Shown piece by piece: positions 8,965 to 18,507 of a stretch of 64,000 bases of DNA. The notes beneath the pieces were generated by a model. It saw only the letters and a list, made by a program, of their open reading frames with translations. It was not told the origin of the DNA and made no database searches. Position 1 is the stretch's first letter. Every line of letters starts with the position of its first letter. Source of the stretch: a virus (Duplodnaviria > Caudoviricetes); the IMG/VR virus record IMGVR_UViG_3300037484_000235, positions 160,001 through 224,000 of that record; one strand, 5' to 3'. The position numbers and the translations under genes are program-made.

Positions 8965-9582
8965 ATGGCGTCCCTCAGGTCCAAGGTGATTCGACTAGCA
9001 CACTCCCGGCCGGAGCTTCGCCCGGCTCTTCTTCCTCTGTTGAAGGCGGCTTCCGAAGAGGAGAACGAGAGTGAGGCGCAGGCCAGGGCTATTCTAGAGA
9101 AGAACCTGGAGCCCCTCAAGAGAGGCTTCTGGAAGCCCCCACACAATCTGGCCCTCAACTTTGCACTGATGGGCGCGAACCTGTGGACGTTCACCATCCT
9201 CCCGCTCTTCTGGAAGAAGCAGGGTTATCGGGCTGACCTCAACGGGATTGTGATCCAACCCCTCTGGCGGTCCGTGCAGAGTGGCACCACCCTCGGGTAT
9301 AGGAATACGTCGGGATTTGCTATCCTGACTCCTGATGTTGCCCAGAGCATCGTGAGTCTGATTGGACGGGCGGAGTCAATCCAGGACACAGTCCGGGAAG
9401 AGCTTCGGCTCATCGAGACTCACTTCGGGATTGAGATTCCAAGTCAGATCAAGACGTCCCTTGCATCTACCGACATGCTGAAGGTTGCAAAACGCCGTTG
9501 GCGTGTGGACACCCTCAAGCTCAAGAAGCGCCTCATCCCATTTGATGGCAGCAAGCCTAGAGACCTGGGCTCGTTCGATTGA
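8965..9582 (+). CDS. Leader-bearing putative head cargo protein 1
   Basis: Starts MASLRSKVIRLAHSRPELRPALLPLLKAAS; the rest is unrecognised. Confidence 0.7.
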   Translation: MASLRSKVIRLAHSRPELRPALLPLLKAASEEENESEAQARAILEKNLEPLKRGFWKPPHNLALNFALMGANLWTFTILPLFWKKQGYRADLNGIVIQPLWRSVQSGTTLGYRNTSGFAILTPDVAQSIVSLIGRAESIQDTVREELRLIETHFGIEIPSQIKTSLASTDMLKVAKRRWRVDTLKLKKRLIPFDGSKPRDLGSFD

Positions 9583-9613
9583 ACCAACCTCGCGTCGCAT
9601 AGGACCCTCAAAA

Positions 9614-9937
9614 ATGGCTACTCTCTCAAGCTCTGCTTCTCTTCGACTTGCTGATGATACGAGCAGGACAATGCTCTTGCCCATTTCCACTGACGCTGGT
9701 GCTGCTGCACTCGTTGTGTCGGTGCGTTTCGGTCCATTCGTTCCTGGAGATCCCATCATCGTCGTATCTGACGCGGCGTTTCACATGGTAGCTGGCACCG
9801 TGACGATTGATGCGACCGTCGCAAGTCCAAAATTCCTCGCAGGGCTCTATGCTTTTACGATGCCTGATGATTGCACCCACGTGGCGATGATCCAGTCTGT
9901 AGCTGGTGCTGCGGTTGGCCAAGCATACCGTGGCTGA
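9614..9937 (+). CDS. Small hypothetical beta-rich protein
   Basis: Likely start ATG 9614 after AGGA; 107 aa; directly precedes the SGNH gene. Confidence 0.5.
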   Translation: MATLSSSASLRLADDTSRTMLLPISTDAGAAALVVSVRFGPFVPGDPIIVVSDAAFHMVAGTVTIDATVASPKFLAGLYAFTMPDDCTHVAMIQSVAGAAVGQAYRG

Positions 9938-9949
9938 GCGAAGAGAACC

Positions 9950-11395
9950 ATGCCCTCTTTCATCGACACTGCCCTCCGCCGTTACGCGTCTGGTTTTTCC
10001 GCGCGTAGTTCCGGGAATGGGCGTCGGCCGGGGCGTGGCTCGCGCAGGGGCGGGGGCTGGGGAGTCAATCCTTCGCTGCTCGACGCCCTATTCGGCGACG
10101 GTAGTGGTCCGCGCGTGTTGCACGTCACTGGCGACAGCACGTCCAACGATCCGATCGACTGGGCGTACAAGCTCGGCGTGCTGCTGGCCGCTCACCGGCC
10201 TGACTACGCCCTTCACTACGCCTTGTGGAACGCCGCCTCGCAGCGAATGGGGTCAACGGCGCAACTACAGAACCCGTCTGGTGCCGCGCGAAGCAGCGCT
10301 CTAGGCAGCACGGCGGCAGCGCGATTCAATGCGACGATCAACACCACCGCACTCGTCGATCTCGATGTGCGAGTGAAGCTCGCGGCCACGGACTGGACCC
10401 CGGCCGCGATTGCTGCGGTGTGTGGTGCTGACGCAGCCGACCCAAATCGTTTGTTCTGGTTTCAGATCCTGACGAACGGCAAGCTACGACTCTCGTGGTT
10501 TCCTCTGGGCACCAACGCCTCTGCGATCAATGTCGACTCAACCATAGCGACTGGCGTCGCCGATGGCACTGCCAAAGTCATCCGCGCGACGCTCGACGTT
10601 GACAACGGCGCCGCCGGATACACCGTCACGTTCTACACGAGCGCGACCAACAACTCGTGGGTGCAGCTCGGCGATCCGGTCGTCGGCGGCGCCCCAACGA
10701 ATCTGCACGGAGTCGCAGCGAGTAATCTCACCGTGGGTGGACGAGGCACCACCAACGGCGTGCCCGGCGTGTACTACTGGGCCGAGGTGCGGGACTCCAT
10801 TGACAGCGTGGGGGTGACGGCGCTGTGGGACGCGAGCGACTATGCTGGCAGCGGGACCATTACGGGCGTCGCGGGCGAGACATGGACGCCAACGGGTAGT
10901 CCCGTCACGACAGGTGCCTTTGCACTGCGCGTGATCAACGCGTCGCAAGCTGGCCAGACGTCAGTTGGGTGGGCCACGTCGCCCGCTTTTGAGGGCGGAC
11001 ACCCCGTCGCACCGGCTGTCCATCTCGTGAATCTTGGACACAACGATGGCGCGGCGGTAGACATCGTGAACTATACAGCACTCATCGACGATCTCGTGAC
11101 GCGCTGGCCGTCCGCAACTCGTGTACTCGTGCGGCAAAATGATCAGCCTCCGACGGCCGCAAATCCCACGGAGCACGCGATTCGGCAAGAGTTGATTCGC
11201 TCCCTCGCGGTGTCACGGCGATACGAGCTGCTCGACGCTGATGCCTCGCTGCGATCATACACGGCGGGCGACTGGACGACCGATCTCATGGAGGATTGGG
11301 CGGGCGGCAATGTGCACATGAATGCTGCGGGCGGGACTTGGATCGCAGCCACCTTTGGCGCGCGTTTTGTGGCACCTCGGGTGTTTGTACCATGA
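9950..11395 (+). CDS. SGNH/GDSL hydrolase with an inserted ConA/LamG-like beta domain
   Basis: Block I VTGDSTS, block II NASQAG, block III NLGHND and block V NVH. A beta-sandwich-like segment of about 200 aa lies between blocks I and II. Confidence 0.7.
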   Translation: MPSFIDTALRRYASGFSARSSGNGRRPGRGSRRGGGWGVNPSLLDALFGDGSGPRVLHVTGDSTSNDPIDWAYKLGVLLAAHRPDYALHYALWNAASQRMGSTAQLQNPSGAARSSALGSTAAARFNATINTTALVDLDVRVKLAATDWTPAAIAAVCGADAADPNRLFWFQILTNGKLRLSWFPLGTNASAINVDSTIATGVADGTAKVIRATLDVDNGAAGYTVTFYTSATNNSWVQLGDPVVGGAPTNLHGVAASNLTVGGRGTTNGVPGVYYWAEVRDSIDSVGVTALWDASDYAGSGTITGVAGETWTPTGSPVTTGAFALRVINASQAGQTSVGWATSPAFEGGHPVAPAVHLVNLGHNDGAAVDIVNYTALIDDLVTRWPSATRVLVRQNDQPPTAANPTEHAIRQELIRSLAVSRRYELLDADASLRSYTAGDWTTDLMEDWAGGNVHMNAAGGTWIAATFGARFVAPRVFVP

Positions 11396-11443
11396 CCCCA
11401 CACACGACGATCAACGCCTGACAATTTCAAGGAAACTAGGACC

Positions 11444-12526
11444 ATGACCACCACCAAGATTGCAATGCCTCGCGAGCGCCACTTCTCCTACAACGACCCC
11501 AAGGCTCCAGGGTCTCCGTGGGGTTCAACTCAGTCGCTTTACGATCATCCCACACTGCGGGGCGTCCGTATCGTGAGCACAGCAAGTCATGGTGGTATGG
11601 GTATCGCGGGTGGTATTGCCCGCAAGGTGCTCTCTCCGGCTGCGTACAAGATCGGGGAGAAGTACGGTGGGTACGTTTGGTTTGAAGAGGACGTTGGGAT
11701 CAGCATCCCCTACTACGAGCACCCTGAGTGGTATCCGCTCCTGGTGGGGAAGCCACTTACGGATGCTGTGAAGATGGACCTGGAGCGTAGTATCCGCCAA
11801 TCGTACCCTCGGTACTTCAAGATGCGGGAAGAGGGCTACAAGCTTCCTGAAGCACTTCGGGTCGGTGACACCCTCCGTGTCATTCTGCCAATCCATCTCT
11901 CTCGTGGACCTGGGCTTGCGGTTGGGGATTTGCTTTTGGTCACGAAGCTGACTGCCACGTATTTCTACGCATCGTCGCCCACAAGGACGAGCTTGCGGAT
12001 CAAGCTCCCTGTTGGGTACTACCTGGGTGCAACTGGGTGGGGCACCACGGAAGACAAGATCTACGTAGAAAAGGTGCCAAGCCCAGCTCGGGTCGCTGCC
12101 CTTAAGCTATCTGGAAGGAAGGAGAAGCCGCCAGAGACGCATGCTGTGCGCATGGAAAAGATCCTCAAGGATTTCGACAAATCAGTAGCCAAGCGCTGGC
12201 CTGGTGTAAAGCATGAGAAGGCGTCCTTTGGAAAGATTGAGGATGACACACCGATCATGCCTTGGGTAGTGGCGCAGTCTGTTATCGAGGAGGCCCAAAA
12301 GGAAACGGGGGCCTCGTTGAATGTCCGTAATCTAGTGCGGAGTCTCTCAACTCGGGCACAGACCACCTACGAGCACAATGAGGATTTTCGTAAGAAGGTC
12401 CGTGGTCGTGGGGACTCTGGTCGTGATACTCTCTATGCTTTTATGCGACACTGGCTAGCAGCCTACCTTAAGAAAGAGCAACCCGACGTCTTTCGAAAGC
12501 TTCCAGGTGACTGGTTTTCAAGGTAG
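11444..12526 (+). CDS. Multidomain protein with an N-terminal DUF7007-like domain
   Basis: SPWGSTQ...VSTASHGG...WFEED pattern recalled for DUF7007; a second domain follows SPARVAALKL. Confidence 0.55.
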   Translation: MTTTKIAMPRERHFSYNDPKAPGSPWGSTQSLYDHPTLRGVRIVSTASHGGMGIAGGIARKVLSPAAYKIGEKYGGYVWFEEDVGISIPYYEHPEWYPLLVGKPLTDAVKMDLERSIRQSYPRYFKMREEGYKLPEALRVGDTLRVILPIHLSRGPGLAVGDLLLVTKLTATYFYASSPTRTSLRIKLPVGYYLGATGWGTTEDKIYVEKVPSPARVAALKLSGRKEKPPETHAVRMEKILKDFDKSVAKRWPGVKHEKASFGKIEDDTPIMPWVVAQSVIEEAQKETGASLNVRNLVRSLSTRAQTTYEHNEDFRKKVRGRGDSGRDTLYAFMRHWLAAYLKKEQPDVFRKLPGDWFSR

Positions 12527-12580
12527 GTAAGGCAACCTTGGTAGAGTATCCCCGGAGACACAACCTCCGGAGGCTCTGCA

Positions 12581-13750
12581 ATGGCTGCTGATACCGCTGA
12601 GATCAAATTCGTTCCTGGGACGTTCCAGTCATTTCGAACTACCACCAAGATTCACCTTGGGAAGATCATCAAAGACCTCAAGTTAGGTGATGTCGTCCAA
12701 TTTGATGGACAGACACTCAAGGTCGAAGGGGTGGATTACGCCTACCCAGAGTTCCGAGCTGCTTTCAAAGCTGGTGTCGGCTGGGCTGTTCCAGAAGTGG
12801 ACAACATCTCAAGCTACACGGCCAAATCCACGGATGCAAAGGTGCGTCCCGCTCTGGATTCCAAGAAGAATCAAGGTAAACACGTTCCCATCACGGTCTC
12901 CGATGATGAGAAGGATGTTGGCCCGGCTCGTCGTGTGGTCAAGGCGGATGATCCAGACGAGGCAAAGGTGGTCGGCTCCTTCAGTAAGAAGATCCAGAAC
13001 ATGGATGACGTAGAGAAGCCTGTTGGTCCGTCGACCAAGAGAGCAATGGAAGTGAAGTCTGACTCAGTCGGCAACGAGGATGCTGTCACCGTTGGGAAGA
13101 TTCGTACTCCCGCAGTGATGAAGACAGTGGTCTCTGATGGGGCGCAAGCAGCTCGCGAGGCTGCAAGGCTTGATGAGGTCCCACCGCCCAGAGCTATTCT
13201 CAACTCCCCAAAGGGTGAGATTCACGCGGCCGAGTCCGAGGATGTGGGGTCGATCATTGACTCCCTCAATCCGGAAGACCACGCACGTATGGTGCGGGAT
13301 CAGCGCAAGGCACAGCCCCCCAAGACGGAAGCGCAAGACCACGGGTCTGTGGATTGGGCAAGTCAGGTGGCAGAGGCCAGACAGATTCTGGCAGAAGATG
13401 CACGCAGGTGGGAGGCAAAGGTGGCAGAGGCCAGACAGATTCTGGCAGAAGATGCACGCAGGCCGGCAGTAACAACAGCCTCTCCTGTTTCTGTAAGGAA
13501 GGAAGCCCCCAAGCACCCACGAACCCGCCCGGTTACAGTCGAGGAAGTCATTATGCGGGGAACTGACATCGACCTTGGTGACGGGGTCATGTGGGACAAG
13601 AATCTTCATTGGAAGACGCGGGCCAAGATTGCGGCCGAGCAGTACAGGGATAACCCGAAGATCTTGGCGGCTATTCGCCAAGCGGAGTCCCCAGCGGTGA
13701 ACGCCCTGATCTCCGAACGCATCACGGCCATCACTGGCAAAGCGGCCTAA
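12581..13750 (+). CDS. Hypothetical protein, charged/low-complexity centre
   Basis: 389-aa ORF with RBS GGAGG; contains an internal tandem duplication. Confidence 0.7.
   Translation: MAADTAEIKFVPGTFQSFRTTTKIHLGKIIKDLKLGDVVQFDGQTLKVEGVDYAYPEFRAAFKAGVGWAVPEVDNISSYTAKSTDAKVRPALDSKKNQGKHVPITVSDDEKDVGPARRVVKADDPDEAKVVGSFSKKIQNMDDVEKPVGPSTKRAMEVKSDSVGNEDAVTVGKIRTPAVMKTVVSDGAQAAREAARLDEVPPPRAILNSPKGEIHAAESEDVGSIIDSLNPEDHARMVRDQRKAQPPKTEAQDHGSVDWASQVAEARQILAEDARRWEAKVAEARQILAEDARRPAVTTASPVSVRKEAPKHPRTRPVTVEEVIMRGTDIDLGDGVMWDKNLHWKTRAKIAAEQYRDNPKILAAIRQAESPAVNALISERITAITGKAA
13365..13462 (+). repeat. 44-nt perfect direct repeat, 54-nt period (VAEARQILAEDARR x2)
   Basis: AGGTGGCAGAGGCCAGACAGATTCTGGCAGAAGATGCACGCAGG at 13365 and 13419. 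Confidence 0.9.
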
Positions 13751-13816
13751 TAGGGCTCGTTCGGTAACTCTCGGATAATGTTGGCAGGTGAGGAGCACCT
13801 TGCTTCTCCAGCCAAC

Positions 13817-14590
13817 ATGAAACGAACTAAGACAGCTTCGAGTCAGGTCGCATGGTCCCTTCTTGCGGAGGGTGTGACCCAGGCTCGTGTAGACATCCAT
13901 CGTTTGAGGCTCTTGATCGATAGAGCACAAGCCATGGTCGAGAAGTCCGAGGAACGAGAGCACATTTGGCAGGTGGCAGGTGACGTGATTCAGGGGATCC
14001 CTGATACGTTGTCCTCTGCGGAACGTGCTCTTGATCGAACCTCCTACGCCCTATCCGTTATGGGAGAGGATTTCCTACGTGGCAGATTATCATTTGATGA
14101 TCGTGCCAGAGTCGATGGCGCCGTGAAAACTTCCCCGTTCTCAGGAAATCGTGGGAAGGACTCAATGGCGTCCAGGGTAGCCCGTCGGTATCTTCTGGTT
14201 CAGGGTGTTGGTGGGAGGGGCTCAATGGAGTCCCGGGTGTCTCGCCGATACCTTTTGGCTCAGGGTGTTGCCCCAAGCGCAGAGGCCTACTTCTTCCACA
14301 ATCCGGAAATGAGGGAGGTCAGGCAACTCAGTGAGTCCAAAGCTATCTCTAATGACACCGGTGTGGCCGTCAATACGGTAAAGGGGTTGGAGTCTCCGGA
14401 TAGAACTGTATCCAAGGCACGTAGTGAGTCAAACAAGGCTCCGCCTACTCCGGATCAGATCAAGAGGATGCCAGGGGGTGCTGAGTTCTCCACTCTCAAT
14501 CGGTTCCTTGTGGAGACAGGACAGCCTGGGGTTCACGGTGTACCCGAAGGTCATTGGGAAGTCCCTAAACACCCTAAGTTGAAGCGGTGA
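13817..14590 (+). CDS. Hypothetical virion-associated protein with duplicated SRVxRRYL motif
   Basis: Likely start MKRTKTASS (alternative start 13778). Contains SMASRVARRYLLVQGV and SMESRVSRRYLLAQGV at a 60-nt period. Confidence 0.65.
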   Translation: MKRTKTASSQVAWSLLAEGVTQARVDIHRLRLLIDRAQAMVEKSEEREHIWQVAGDVIQGIPDTLSSAERALDRTSYALSVMGEDFLRGRLSFDDRARVDGAVKTSPFSGNRGKDSMASRVARRYLLVQGVGGRGSMESRVSRRYLLAQGVAPSAEAYFFHNPEMREVRQLSESKAISNDTGVAVNTVKGLESPDRTVSKARSESNKAPPTPDQIKRMPGGAEFSTLNRFLVETGQPGVHGVPEGHWEVPKHPKLKR

Positions 14591-14597
14591 GGCCCTT

Positions 14598-15170
14598 ATG
14601 TCTACCGCAATGAATCTCACAAGCAATGAACTCGATGTCCTCAAGGCGGGAGGCAGGCTTGCAGCTACGGCTGGTCCTCTTCTTCGGGCAAGTGGTTGGC
14701 GTGCAGGTCAGTGGGTCATGTACGCCACAACCCAATCCCCTCCTGTGTCTGAGTTCACCGTTGAGAAATCCAACGGAATCTACGCGGCCGGATTCATCCT
14801 GTGCGAGAGTGAAAACTATTCTGACCCCAGGCGCTCCACGTACCGAAACTACACGTCCTATCAGAACGCTGGTTCCTTTGCTTCGGCTTCGTCCGGAGCT
14901 AGCGTCATCACTATTCTGACGGACGGCGGGCGATATCTCTTTCAGCTTTACGAGACAATCGCCCTGGACGCCTTTGGGGTTCGAACCGGTGGGCCCGCAA
15001 TTTACAGCGTGAATCAGCAGCTCAAGGTCAGTGAAAACGGGATTCTCTGCCAGGATCTGGATGCCTCTCTTATTTTGGCTACGGGCGGTACCAGTGTGAT
15101 TGAGGTGGGTGTGTGCAGCAAGGTGCCAACTACCGATGATCCGCGTCTTGGGCTGGACAATCAGTTCTGA
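14598..15170 (+). CDS. Putative second head decoration-like protein
   Basis: The C-terminal half resembles ORF 1343 by eye (QQLKVSENGIL vs QELISSMNGYL; GVCSKVP vs GVLKMVP). Confidence 0.45.
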   Translation: MSTAMNLTSNELDVLKAGGRLAATAGPLLRASGWRAGQWVMYATTQSPPVSEFTVEKSNGIYAAGFILCESENYSDPRRSTYRNYTSYQNAGSFASASSGASVITILTDGGRYLFQLYETIALDAFGVRTGGPAIYSVNQQLKVSENGILCQDLDASLILATGGTSVIEVGVCSKVPTTDDPRLGLDNQF

Positions 15171-15177
15171 GTACACC

Positions 15178-17214
15178 ATGCGTGAGATCGTCCTCAAATG
15201 TGCGGACCTTAGCCCACCACTGGGAACAGGGGGTCCGTGCCGAATTGTGGATCGTATCCTCAGGGAGAAGCTCCGTCCGGATGCGAGAGAAGAGCTGATT
15301 TCGATCGTTGAGAACGACCAGTCTCTTTCTAATCCACAGGCTGATGAGATCTATGACCCTCTGGCCGAAAGGGGTCCGCACCCATTTAGCCAGTTCGTAC
15401 TGACGCCTCACGCGCAATATCGTATGGATTTGCGGGGGGTGACGGTCAAGGATTTGAAGGAGTCCCTCCTCAGATTCATGGTCCAGGTCCAAGAGTGGAA
15501 GAGAAAGAATGATCCGCGCTATGCCCAGCTGACTCAGGCTGGCAGCTCCAAGATCTCATGGGAAGACCCAAGGAGTGGGCTGTTCTTTGTCTTTGGCTTC
15601 GGCCGTCATGACGGGACCCCAACGTTGATCACCACCTATTGGAAAGGGGAAAGAGATCCATCCATCCCATCCGAGGGTTGCCAATCCAGACAGGCTGGGC
15701 ACTCCGCTCCAGCTGGTGGACTCTTCGGGATCCAGACCTTCATAAGTGAGAAGCCCGCGAAGGGTATCGAAGACCCTTCTGGGGACTCAATCTACCATCC
15801 CCCTGGAGAGTCGCCTAAGTCCGATCGGGACAGGGCAAAGCCGCAGCGTACGGATACCAAAGATAACCTCACCAAGCATCCACCTAAGCCCCCAGTGTTC
15901 AACACCCCGGGACCTTCTGAACCTGGGAACCCCCCCATCAAGGTTAGGTCCCCAGGAACTCCTGGTGAGGAGTATGGGCACCCCTACAAAGAGAACGTCT
16001 ACCCTCGTCGTACGGAGGGATCGTTTGCCATGGACTTGGATGAGGTAGCGGATACCCTGAGATTGGCTGGGTTGTATCCTTCGTTCTCCCAGAGACAGCA
16101 CAAGCAAAAGGGTCAAGCGAAAAGGTACTACCAGAGGTATTACAGGGCGCACAAGGGCCGAGCCAAGACAAAGGCGAAGCGCAGATACAAGAGGATTCAC
16201 AACAGCCCGGCTTTCAAGCGTCGTCGACGACTGCGCAATAATCCGAAGTTCAAGAATCGATTTCGTAGGCTGCCAGCAGGTGGGGCACGTTCTACATCGG
16301 AACGCGCAAAGAACTATCGCAAACGCGCCATGGATCCAATGAGCTTTTTCCACCTTTCCTTGGGGTGGGGTGACGTCATTGACTTCAACGATGAGGGTGT
16401 GGTTGTGCACCTGGACGGTGAGAATGAGGATCCTCTTACGGTTCCCCTTCAGACATTCATTCGTGGTGCAGTATTTGAGTCCGAAGAGACTACGGACGCT
16501 TTCTTCAACACTATCGATGAAGTGTACGGGGCGCCAGACCCACGTGCTGTGGTCACTGCATTCTACAGGGAAACCTTTACCCCTGGTTACAACATGGATC
16601 CGGGTGATGGGGTCCGAGACCTTGGCCTTCCTGGTCCGGAAGACGTTGAGAATCTAGGCTTCTACGAAGACAAGCACGATAAGCGGGCCCCAGGTCACAA
16701 GCTTGACATCCGGGAATTTGATGGTGGCGGAGGCTCCGCTAAGGTCATCCCTTCTGGGCATGACTTTGCCAACAAAGAGGCTTCAAGAGTCCCGTCAGCT
16801 GTTCGAGTCGCCAAACGACTTGCAGAGATGCTTGAGGAGACTTCTGGGGCAGTGATTCAGAGGTCCACTTCAATCCATCCCAAGGGAAAGAGGTTTGACC
16901 CTAAGAACTCAATGTTCTCTTTCTCGGTTCCGGGGTCTGGTGGGAAGACCTACACAGTGAGGATCAAGGTCATCCGCAAGGGCAATGCCACGAAACTCTC
17001 GAAGATGCACCTTCTGGTGTCGTGCTCTTGCGAGTTCTGGCGATGGCAGGGACCCGAACACCATGCGATGAAAGAGAACTACCTTTATGGAAAGCCTCGT
17101 GGAACGGCTTCAATCCCACATATCATGGATCCAAAAGGCAAGCATAGGGTGTGCAAGCACCTAGCCGCATGCCTCAACTCGATCAAGGAATGGGAACTGG
17201 CCGCCCCCCGGTAG
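15178..17214 (+). CDS. Polyvalent protein: DUF4258/RelE-like domain + Pro-rich linker + Arg/Lys-rich segment + acidic domain + SWIM zinc finger
   Basis: LTPHAQYRMDLRGVT...LITTYW; a very basic run (KRRRRLRNNPKFKNRFRR); C-terminal VSCSCEF...CKHLAA. Likely start ATG 15178. Confidence 0.65.
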   Translation: MREIVLKCADLSPPLGTGGPCRIVDRILREKLRPDAREELISIVENDQSLSNPQADEIYDPLAERGPHPFSQFVLTPHAQYRMDLRGVTVKDLKESLLRFMVQVQEWKRKNDPRYAQLTQAGSSKISWEDPRSGLFFVFGFGRHDGTPTLITTYWKGERDPSIPSEGCQSRQAGHSAPAGGLFGIQTFISEKPAKGIEDPSGDSIYHPPGESPKSDRDRAKPQRTDTKDNLTKHPPKPPVFNTPGPSEPGNPPIKVRSPGTPGEEYGHPYKENVYPRRTEGSFAMDLDEVADTLRLAGLYPSFSQRQHKQKGQAKRYYQRYYRAHKGRAKTKAKRRYKRIHNSPAFKRRRRLRNNPKFKNRFRRLPAGGARSTSERAKNYRKRAMDPMSFFHLSLGWGDVIDFNDEGVVVHLDGENEDPLTVPLQTFIRGAVFESEETTDAFFNTIDEVYGAPDPRAVVTAFYRETFTPGYNMDPGDGVRDLGLPGPEDVENLGFYEDKHDKRAPGHKLDIREFDGGGGSAKVIPSGHDFANKEASRVPSAVRVAKRLAEMLEETSGAVIQRSTSIHPKGKRFDPKNSMFSFSVPGSGGKTYTVRIKVIRKGNATKLSKMHLLVSCSCEFWRWQGPEHHAMKENYLYGKPRGTASIPHIMDPKGKHRVCKHLAACLNSIKEWELAAPR

Positions 17215-17224
17215 AGTGTTCTGT

Positions 17225-17611
17225 ATGCCAATCTATGAGTACAACTGCCCAAAGTGTAAGTCTGAGTTCGAGCGCGTGTTGCCCCTTGCTCAGTACCTGA
17301 GTCGGCAGAAGTGTGATTGCGGGGCTGTGGCGAAGAAGGTCATCCCATCCTCTGTGGGCGTCATTTTCAAGGGTGATGACTGGGTTAGCAAGGCCAACCG
17401 GGTCAATGGCCAGATGGCCAAGAAGAACCGCAAACTCGATGCCCGCCAAGCCGAGCGGAAGAGGGACGGGGCAGGGGTGTCCTTGGTTCCGAACGTCGGT
17501 GGGGAGTCTGTTCGGACTTGGTCCGACGCACAAAAGCTCGCAGCCTCAAAGGGCAAGAACGCCGCTTCCTACGCACCAAAGGTGCGCGAAGAGCAATCAA
17601 AGCGTCGTTGA
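17225..17611 (+). CDS. FmdB-family zinc-ribbon protein
   Basis: MPIYEYNCPKC...CDCG...VIFKGDDW signature. Confidence 0.8.
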   Translation: MPIYEYNCPKCKSEFERVLPLAQYLSRQKCDCGAVAKKVIPSSVGVIFKGDDWVSKANRVNGQMAKKNRKLDARQAERKRDGAGVSLVPNVGGESVRTWSDAQKLAASKGKNAASYAPKVREEQSKRR

Positions 17612-17641
17612 CTTCCCGATATTTCTTTGTAGGGGACTCCC

Positions 17642-18400
17642 ATGACACGTCAACGAGACATCCCATCCATCCAGTACCGCAGCCCCGGCGTCCTCAACAT
17701 GACGCTGCCCCAGGTTGCGAACAACATCGAGTACTACGAGGTTCGAGGGGCAGCCCGTCTCGTCGATGCCTATGGACCCGTAGCAGGTGTCCCAGGATTT
17801 GGGGCACTTCCAATGTTCCGTGTTGCGAATGGTGGGGACTTCCGGTCCCCAGCCATTCACGCAAAGAAGCTCTCCATCGAGGAGTCCAATCGAAAACTGA
17901 CGAGGATGGTCATCGACCTAGATGACTACGCAACCCCTGTTGTCGTGGGCGCTTCGTACCTGGCGAGCGACGAAGTGACCTCGTTTCTTCGGGTAGCCGC
18001 GTTCGACCATGTCACGGGTCTTTTTCTGGCAGAGGGGCCGATCGTGTGCGTCCCTCCCTACGACTTCTTCTCCACGAAGGGTCCAATCTTCACAGTCACT
18101 GCCAAAGCCCCCAACCTGGCTACAGGGGCTTTCCCTGGGGCGGTCCCTCCGGACTCCCTGCCTTCAACGGTCATGAATTTCATGCTCCCGGCGTACACCT
18201 CGACGATCTCCGTTACGAACCTGGAGGCCGCTGGTGGCCCCGCCTTGTTTGTCTCTTTCCACCCGGGCGTGCCTCCAACTGTGGTCATGCCGACCCAAGA
18301 GATCTCACTCACGGGAGCAGGATCCCCCGAGTTCTTTGTGGCATCCCCCAGTGGAAACCCTTACTTCACCGTCAGGTGCGCAGTCGTGAATAGCGCGTAA
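17642..18400 (+). CDS. Putative virion structural protein
   Basis: 252 aa, beta/Pro-rich, within the structural operon. Confidence 0.55.
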   Translation: MTRQRDIPSIQYRSPGVLNMTLPQVANNIEYYEVRGAARLVDAYGPVAGVPGFGALPMFRVANGGDFRSPAIHAKKLSIEESNRKLTRMVIDLDDYATPVVVGASYLASDEVTSFLRVAAFDHVTGLFLAEGPIVCVPPYDFFSTKGPIFTVTAKAPNLATGAFPGAVPPDSLPSTVMNFMLPAYTSTISVTNLEAAGGPALFVSFHPGVPPTVVMPTQEISLTGAGSPEFFVASPSGNPYFTVRCAVVNSA

Positions 18401-18507
18401 TCGAAGATTGCTCCGTTAGTGGGTTTATGGAACCCACTCTACGGAGAGAGCAACAGTTCTCATTTTTCACCCCGCCAATGCGGCGGGTTCATCTCAGGGA
18501 GATCCTA

